Positions 55,960-64,000 of a stretch of DNA of 64,000 nucleotides are shown here, piece after piece. Source of the stretch: Eledone cirrhosa (Eukaryota); NCBI GenBank assembly GCA_964016885.1, contig OZ024740.1, positions 281,976,001-282,040,000 on the forward strand, given 5' to 3'. The notes beneath the pieces were generated by a model. The model was not told the DNA's origin. It searched no databases and was given only the letters and a program-made list of their open reading frames with translations. The stretch's first letter is position 1. Every line of letters starts with the position of its first letter. The position numbers were made by a program, and so were the translations under genes.

Positions 55960-58260
55960 TTTTAAATATGTAAATATCCAGATTTAGAGAGCAGTAGCCC
56001 CCCCCCCCGTTCCATGACTCCAATTCCCTACTTTCTCCTCATTGAGGTCCATATTGTGGCCCATATTAAGCCAACGCTTAAGCCTTTCGTGATAAAACCG
56101 TCTCTCTTCAAACATACTGCAGCCTTCCCGCATATGTCTCTATTTAGCCCTCTCTAAAGCTAACACTTCCAAGTTCTGAATGTCTGTCTGTAGATATATG
56201 AGCTTGCCTTTTATGCAGACCTTGTATCTTTTTCTGGTGTGCAACTAACTTTAAAATAGGTGTCTATCATCTTTCATACGTAAACATGGCCTGCTGCCTA
56301 ACGCATTTGGGAGGGTGTGATGACTTGACGATGAGAATATGTCCCAAACACTTTTCATTAAAGAGTTAAAGCAGCCTGGCGTATGTTCCACGTTTATACG
56401 GCGTATGTTCAACGTTTCGGACGAGTACAAAAGAGCACTTAGTACGCAAGACTTATAAACACAAATCCTGGTCTTGTTAGTGAAGTCACGATCCGCCCAT
56501 ATTTTCCTTTCGAATTTTTCAAAGACTACAGAAGTTTTTGAATGTGTAGATATATCTCTGCATCTAGCGAACCATTTCTCGACAATGTGCTGTCCTGGTA
56601 AAATAATGTCAACTACACTCAATCTAGTTCCATGCGTTTCAATATTTGGTTCGACATAGGCTTTACTTGGAGAGTGTGTGGACATAACCTTTGTTTTCAT
56701 AACGATGGCTTAAAGACCTAAGGCAGTATACAAAGCTGCAAATCGATGCATAATGTGCTGCATAGCAACATCATTTGCATAAACCAGCTGTATTATCAGT
56801 GATTGGAATGTTCTTGACCTGAAATTGAATATTCTCAAATGGAAAATTCTTCCCATGGTTCGACATTGTAAGTATCCTTTAGTTGCGGAATGCATGTGTA
56901 AACAGTACAGCAAAGAAAAAATTAGAATGAGTGTGGGAGTTCGTATATCTCCTTACTTAAAGCCCTTCATTTGCCTTCTCATATTTAAAAATGTTGGTGG
57001 ACATTCTATCTTTCCAGGAATTGTCCAAAGTGCATCCCTGTGTCAAAAGCCTTTGTTAAATCAACAAAAACTTGATACAGAGGAATCCAGCTGCACAATG
57101 CATTTCTCTTGCATCTGCCTAGCAGAGAAAATAATGCCAATTGTCTCTTTCCCAGATATAAAGCCACTTTCTGGTTCAAGAATGACTGTAGGGCAGATTA
57201 CTTCCATAAACCTGTTCAACAGCAGTCAAGCAAACACCTTACTAAGTTTCCAGGAGAGTGATGCCGTGGTAGTGATCGCAATTTGCTTTCCCTCCTTTAC
57301 TCTCGAACAAGGCCAACTAATGTAGACGATCTAATACTGTGGTACAGAAATGCCTCTCTAGCTCTTTGTGATGAGATGGAATACTGTTTGCATTAAAACC
57401 TCATTTCCAATATTTACCGGTTCTTCAAGAAGACCGTTTAAATCATATTGATAGCTAGTTTTACTTCGACATAAGCCGGCAAATGATGTGTCAAGATGAC
57501 AAAATTAAGCGAATTTCATAGTCACAGGAAATTAACCATCGTTGATGTATAAGGCAATCTTCAGTGCAAGTTTTCTAAGACTTTCTCATGAATTTAGGTG
57601 AGCATTGCTACTTTATAACGAAACTGTGAAAGTTCTCGTTGTAAAGTAGAATTATACTCCTTATATATCTTCTCAATAGCAGGTTGGTTTGCAGGGCTCT
57701 CAGAATCTTTTCAGGAAGAGCACGTTTTGTTTTCAGTTACTGAATGATAGTTTGATAATTTTAATCAAACCAGCCTTTATGTGTTTTCACTCTGAAGTAA
57801 AGTACTTCTGCTCCCACGGCGTACATTTGATCTCTGAAGTTGTTCCCTGTTCCATTAAAGTCAAACCTATCAAGATATTCAGTCAAAGCCTTGCGTACAT
57901 CTGGTTTTAATTTTCTAACATCAATACATTTTAGCTTTTTCATCCCTCACATACGAATCTTTTTATAGATACGTAACTTCAACTTTCATCTTATTGTCTG
58001 CGTCATTCTACGCATTACGCGAACATAACAGACATCACTTATGTCACGTTTCGAGCTTATGACTATATTTTGATCTTGGGTGTGGCCATATAGCTTCCTG
58101 TTTCTATTATTGATGGGAAAATGTATGGCAAATTGCTAGTTGAGTTCTGAATAGAACTTAAGTAGCTTCAAACCATTGGCATTCATGTTACCGATGCTGT
58201 GACGCCAAGTACACCCCATGTTTCATAGTCTCTGCCAACTTGTGTATTGAAATCACTAAG
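55960..58260 (-). mobile_element. Decayed RTE LINE
   Basis: Minus-strand remnants include ILEPESGF..GKET..IIFSARQMQEKC, LVYANDVA, KTKVM, KTRICVYKSCVLSALLYSSET and an APE GDF-like region near 58255. Confidence 0.8.
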
Positions 58261-58269
58261 AAATACTAG

Positions 58270-58543
58270 TTCTGACCAGGCATAGTAAAATGCATGAAGA
58301 CACACACCAGCCCGTTTTACCAGGAGACAGACAGTTCAAGTGTCACATCTGTGAACGTATCTGCAAAACAAAAGCGGATCTGAAGAGTCACCTGCGTGCA
58401 CATGATCGTCCGATGTTCAATGAAGGGGAGGCACTCTTCTGACAAGAAGTAGCAATCAGCATGTATGTATGTATGTATGTATGTATGTATGTATGTATGT
58501 ATGTATGTATGTATGTATGTATGTATGTATGTATGTATGTATG
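58270..58543 (+). mobile_element. RTE 3' end with long (TATG)n tail
   Basis: FKCHICERICKTKADLKSHLRAHDR, then about 20 TATG units. Confidence 0.7.
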
Positions 58544-58544
58544 T

Positions 58545-58850
58545 GAAGGACTCCTAGCCTTTGTCAGGGTATTCTTTTAGGAGAAGGCAACTCGAGAAAC
58601 TGGGATAACTCCGATATAAAACCTGCGGCTCAGTAGTTACCGATGATATTGATCTTTTATTCTTTTCGTGTTATAGCTACTGTCGCTCAGAGAGTGGGAT
58701 TGGCTCAGTGCACAGTCTTTCCTCACTTTAAAAAATATCTTCACGCACAGGCATTGCACGATAGAATTAATTAATAATTATTAATAATGGTATATCGTGC
58801 GTTGGTCATACTCGATAACGAGGGGCAGCCATCATGTATGTATGTATGTA
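58545..58850 (+). mobile_element. Non-autonomous RTE derivative with (TATG)n tail
   Basis: Homolog of 42803-43052. Confidence 0.75.
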
Positions 58851-58871
58851 TGTACGTGCGTAATATGTATA

Positions 58872-61800
58872 TTCTTCTGGCTTTATAATTTCACAAATTT
58901 TTTCCCAATAAAGAGAGAGTCGGTTTCTAACAGAGACACAAGACTCTCTCATTGGAATTTACACAACATCAACTAGGTAGATTATGTATGCATGCATGTG
59001 TAGATATGGATGTTATTGTATGTGTGGATGTATATATTTTGAGTTGTATATGTGCATGTATGCTTTGTATCTGTACATGTGTATATGCAGTTATTAGAGG
59101 CAAAATTTTGGAATGTTTTACATATTTTTACTGTTCCATTAATGGATTGTACTTGTAATTTCCTAACTAGTTGTCTTCTTTCTGTTCCTATGAAGCATAG
59201 CTTCTCGAGATTTGTATTGAGGCAGTTACTAACATACCCCAGTGCTCCAATAATCACAGGCATAAATCTGAAGGTGTAATCAGGGTGGAGCATCTGCAGA
59301 TTTCTCATCAGTTCTGCATAAATATTCCCCTTTTCGCTAATCTTTGATATTACATTGGCATCTGCTGGGCAGCTAATTTCCACTACTATGCATGCTTTCT
59401 TCTCCCTGTCCCATATCGTAATATCTGGTCTGTTATGCCTGCATTTTATTGGGGTTTTTACTGTAACATTCCACCAGTACTCTTTCATATTATGTACATG
59501 GATGTCTTCCACATTGTTTTAGCTTTTAATGTGTTTATTATCGGGGCTATCATTTCTACGGATTGCATTGTACAGTGTTTTGACCACTAGATCATGCCTC
59601 ATAGGTAGATAGTACCGCGATGACATCTTTGGACAGCTGCTGATGACATGGGTGATATCTTCGATATTAGCTCTGTAGAGTCTGCACTTGTTATCACATC
59701 TAGGTGTTTTGCCTGCATCCCTATCTCTTTTGTGAATCAGGTATTTCGTGTTAATTTCCTGATCTTGGATTGCAAAAGCGTATCCTTCAAAGTGGGAGCC
59801 AATATAACGGTTGTTGGTCCAAGATAGACTACTTTCCTTATCTTTATTACTCTCACTCTGGAGCTTCCTAGCAACATATCCATGCATGATTTTTTGCTGA
59901 TAAGCGTGCATTTTTTCATCCATAGATTCACTGCGATACTGCTGAGTGACGTCCCTGGGTGTGAGTTTTTGATTATCACACAGGGAATATCTCTCGAGGA
60001 GTTCCTTCCCAACTCTCACGATCTTATCTGTTTCATGCAGATAGACTTGCTCGAGAGACGGGCTCCTACGCTTCGATGTTGTCGGACTGTTGTTAGGCCT
60101 CTGCCTCCCTGCTTACGTTTCAAGTAAAGGTGGTCTATGTCACTGTTGATGTGGAAGTTTCCGGTGTTGTTTTGTATTATTCGAGTTTCAACATCAACTG
60201 CTCGGATTTCCTCTATCGTCAAATTGTCTATTCCAAACGTTGGTGTTAGAACAGGCACAGCAAACACATTGTGAGCCACTGTTTTGTTTTGCGCAGAGAG
60301 TTTTGATGACCAAATCTTTCTTGTCGGGTGTAGTATTCCCTGGTTACGAGTTCCTTATTACAGATACCATTATAGGATATGTTCTCATCTATCCCCAGGT
60401 ATTGGTAGCAGTCCTCATCACATATTGGTGAAACAGTTAGTCCATTGATGATAATGCTGCTAGATTGGGTTGTTGTTTTCCCCCGCTTTACAGTCATATA
60501 TGAGCATTTATCTTGGCCAAATTCCATTCCTATATCCTTTGAGAACGTTGTAACCAGGTCAAAATGTTTCTTCATCCCATCCATGTTCTTGGCATAGAGT
60601 TTCAGATCATCCACAAAAAAAATTATGGGTTAGGTTCGTATTTCTGTCCTCCTGTGAGCCAATGATGTATCCTTCACATTTCTTGAGCAGAAAGGACAAG
60701 GGGTTTAATGACAGGATGAATAATATCACAGAGAGACTGTCTCCCTGAAATATACCCCTGCGATATTTTCTTTTATCAGTGAAAATAGAGTCCTCCCTCT
60801 CTGTCTTTAACCTTAGGATAGTAGCCCAAGAAGAAGAAAGCTTCTCTATGGTTCTGATAATAATGCCTGGGACTTTAGCAAGTTGGAGGGCCTCTATCAT
60901 CCAAGAGTGGGGAACAGAATCGATAGCTTTCCTGTAGTCCAGGCAGACTGTAGCCATATTCCTCCTAAGTTGACGCACCTCCGACATCGCAGCACATCCC
61001 CAAACCCTTTTCTTTCCAGCTGCTTGTTCATCTGTGATGATGTTATTATTTTCACAGTGATCTTGGAGGAATAGGTTCAGACAGGCTGTATACATCTTTT
61101 ACATCAGGTTCTGGCATGCAATGGGTCGGTAGTTTTTATGCCAAGTGGGTGTCTTTGTTCTTGGGGACCAGTAATGTTTGTGCTAATGTCAACCATTTAG
61201 GTATAAGTGTATCTCCCTTAAGAACTTGTTGGTAGAGGTCAGTAAGATACCTCCGATAGAATATCAGCTTTTTGTACCAGTAGCCGACAATCATGTTTCT
61301 TCCTGGTGTTTTCTTATCTTGGAGTTTTCCTATCACAGTCTCAAGGGTACCCTCACTTATTTCGTATGTTTTTGTTGTAGTGTAGGAGCAATAGTTCTTT
61401 CGGATTTCTTTTAGCCACACTGCATCTTGGTTGAAATTCTTCTTTTTACCCCATATTTTTCTCCATAAAGAATCTCTGTCTTTCTGGGATGGGGCCCCAG
61501 TGACATTTATTACTTTGCCCTTCATATCTCTGTAGACTGATGTTTGATTTCATCTGAATCTTTTATTTAGTACTTTTCTTTCATCTACCCTCTTCAGGTA
61601 TCGGCGTTTCTCGCTGACAACTCTCAATTCTTGTTTGAGGGTGACCAACTTATATTGAAGAGTTCTTGTTGTACTGTCACCAAACATTGTTTCTATTTTA
61701 TTTTTCACTCTTTGTTGGTGAGGAGTGAATTTGATTTTGTTTGCATGTAAGGAGCATTGTCACATATCCTATGTTTTTTCGTAGGTCAGCAATCTTTTTT

Positions 61801-61960
61801 TCTATTTTAGTTATATATGATGTATTTTTGGTGGTGTTTTGTTCTTGTTAATATCTCTGCTATCACCAAGATAATGCTCCACTGTCGTTGCTAAGGCATA
61901 TAAACAGGCGTTGATTTGCCAAAATGTTGGGGTTTTTATCCGTCGTAAATATTTCGTTGA
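58872..61960 (-). mobile_element. R4/Dong-clade RLE LINE, long decayed copy
   Basis: RT (KTPGRNMIVGYWYK, YRPIAC, DYRKAIDSVPHSW, GIFQGDSLS.ILF, DDLKLYA), LYLKRKQGGRGL, AIQDQEINTK, zinc knuckle CRL...EDITHVISSC and RLE HNRPDI..VVEISCP. Confidence 0.92.
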
Positions 61961-62069
61961 TTTCGTTGAGGGAAATATTTTTTTATTTTTTTATTTTTTT
62001 AAATTTTTTTTTTTATTTTTTTTTTATTTATTTATTATTATTATTATTATTTTTTTTTTCTTTCTCCTC

Positions 62070-62800
62070 GTGCAATGGCCATACTCGATAACGAGGGGGC
62101 AGCCATCATGTATGTATATATAGATGCAAACTCTCCTAAGGTTGTCATTGCCGGGGTGGGAGTAGAAGATACCGTAACTCACAATAAGAAGGGGTGAGGG
62201 CGAATTACTGGCGTCTTAAAACCAGTTTCAACGATTAGACAGAACTCGTTGACCTTGGTTGGCATATGGCAATCTGCCTAAGAGAAAGATAACTTTGATA
62301 TCAAATCGATGTAGACGTGGGAGTGAAGGACTTAGCTATTGTTATAGCATCCTTCTAGGAGAAGGAAATTCCCAAGTCAAACCTGCGATTCTGATCATCT
62401 CGCCCCTGCCTGTCACCTGGTTCTAATCATGGGAACTTAGAGTGAAGTACTCATATTGTACAGGCGTTTGTGTAATACGTATACAAATGACGTATGGATG
62501 TCATTTTTAAAACCTAGTTTGATTTCATCTTCTAAAAGTCCTGTGACGATGGAGGAGTGACGACGTAGAAAGACCCCACCATTTTGAAGCACACAGTTAC
62601 AAATATGCACATAGGTGGCAGGAATCTTACCCTAACATCGTTGTTGTGTCTCCTTGTATCTGAGAAGCCCTATTTAGGGAGAGCACTGCTCACGCAAATT
62701 CATGGAAAGGTGCTAGAAAACGTGCACTGAAGATTGTTTTACATATCAACGATGATTAATTCCCTGTGGCTATCGGTGGTTCACTCAAACAGGAAAAGAA
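62070..62800 (+). mobile_element. RTE tail fragment followed by decayed RTE-like 5' UTR
   Basis: ggccatactcgataacgagggggcagccatcATGTATGT; ttctaggagaaggaaa and ggagagcactgctcac resemble the 5' UTRs at 43500 and 7655. Confidence 0.5.
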
Positions 62801-63324
62801 ATAAATGATAGGCATCTTATAGCATTTGCAAAAGATCCAGTTAAATTCAGCATCTACTGCTGAAATGCTAGAAACTTTCTGGAGTAAAACCTCATTTAAT
62901 CGGCCAAAACATAGAACTACGCTTGCGACTAAAGAACGTCAAGAACTGAATGTAAACATTGCAGCCACGGGGGACACGATTTTCAGACGTAGAAGCCATC
63001 AAAAGGACTGTTACGACCGAGCAGCGAAGAATCCTTTCAGGAGTGCATGGAATCATGGAGGAGAATGTTGGGAAAGTGCGTTAGACTTGAGTATTATTTC
63101 GAAGGGGAAAAACATGTAATTTGTAGTTTGGATTTAAAATATTTTTTGCGACCCAAGTACTGTTTCTGATACACCTCGTATATGCTTTAATTTCAGCCGC
63201 TTTTTTTCATTTTCTCTTCTGTTATACTTTTATATCTTGTTGGTATTTGTAGCTATTTCAAACAATTATTAGAATGTTGTATATAATCTGAATCTTTCTC
63301 AAATGAAATTAATTAAATGATTTA

Positions 63325-63422
<98 letters not shown>

Positions 63423-63944
63423 GCACACACACACACACACACACACGCGCACACACACACATATATATATTTAGCTCTACACCCCGTTACAGACGTGAAT
63501 CTAAGCATCGAGTGCTCTTCTGGGTTAACCTACAGTAACTGCCCGTTACACTCCCTAGATATATGTTTATCGTTAGATCAGACAATGAAATTATTTACAT
63601 AGGTATTTCGATTGCTAACTCCTGGCAGAATCAAATGGTATTTGAACACAAGAGCCATAGAGCAGGAGCAGATACCGCAAAGACCTCGTCCACCTTTTTA
63701 ATAATTATTCCTATTCCCTATCTATTGGCTGGTACTTTATTTATCAACCCCAATGGGATTTATCCACGGAGGTCAGAGAACTTGAATAAATACCGGCTCC
63801 CTAAAGACTCTGCAGTTCACTACAAATTGTAGCCACCTTAAATTCACGAGCAAGCTGTTCCGTTTATTAGACAGCTAGATCACTCATCGCCGAAACCGAC
63901 GGAAGTGCATTTCTATTCATATGTAGAGGATCTAATAGATATAT

Positions 63945-64000
63945 CAGAGGTTCCCAAAATGGGCGCTACCACTCCCCGGGGGGGGGGGGGCGTTGAGAAG
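63945..64000. mobile_element. hAT MITE 5' end (truncated by window)
   Basis: CAGAGGTTCCCAAA...ctacc..cccc.gggg.cgttgagaa is similar to 6498-6543. Confidence 0.6.

Overview
AT-rich, microsatellite-dense animal genomic DNA. The repeat content (tRNA-derived SINEs, RTE LINEs, TA/CA/CATA arrays) looks like an octopus or other coleoid cephalopod; this is inference. Only one host gene is visible: a large first coding exon of an MFSD6-like MFS transporter (34769-36485, +), followed by an intron that appears to run past the window end. The rest is transposon-derived. It includes a near-complete Penelope-like element (RT plus C-terminal GIY-YIG) flanked by a ~1.15 kb inverted repeat, two decayed Penelope-like relics, RTE LINEs and their non-autonomous derivatives, R4/Dong-type and CRE-type restriction-like-endonuclease (RLE) LINEs, two Helitrons, hAT and mariner MITEs, and many SINEs. 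The most striking unannotated signal is more than a dozen type I hammerhead ribozyme (HHR) motifs, read by eye. Several have unusually enlarged stem II or stem III. Most sit in small non-coding Penelope-derived units that form fold-back palindromes inside (TA)n arrays. A second signal is apparent targeting of (CATA)n repeats by an R4/Dong-like LINE, where those repeats are themselves laid down by RTE 3' tails. Most ORFs in the supplied track are microsatellite artefacts.
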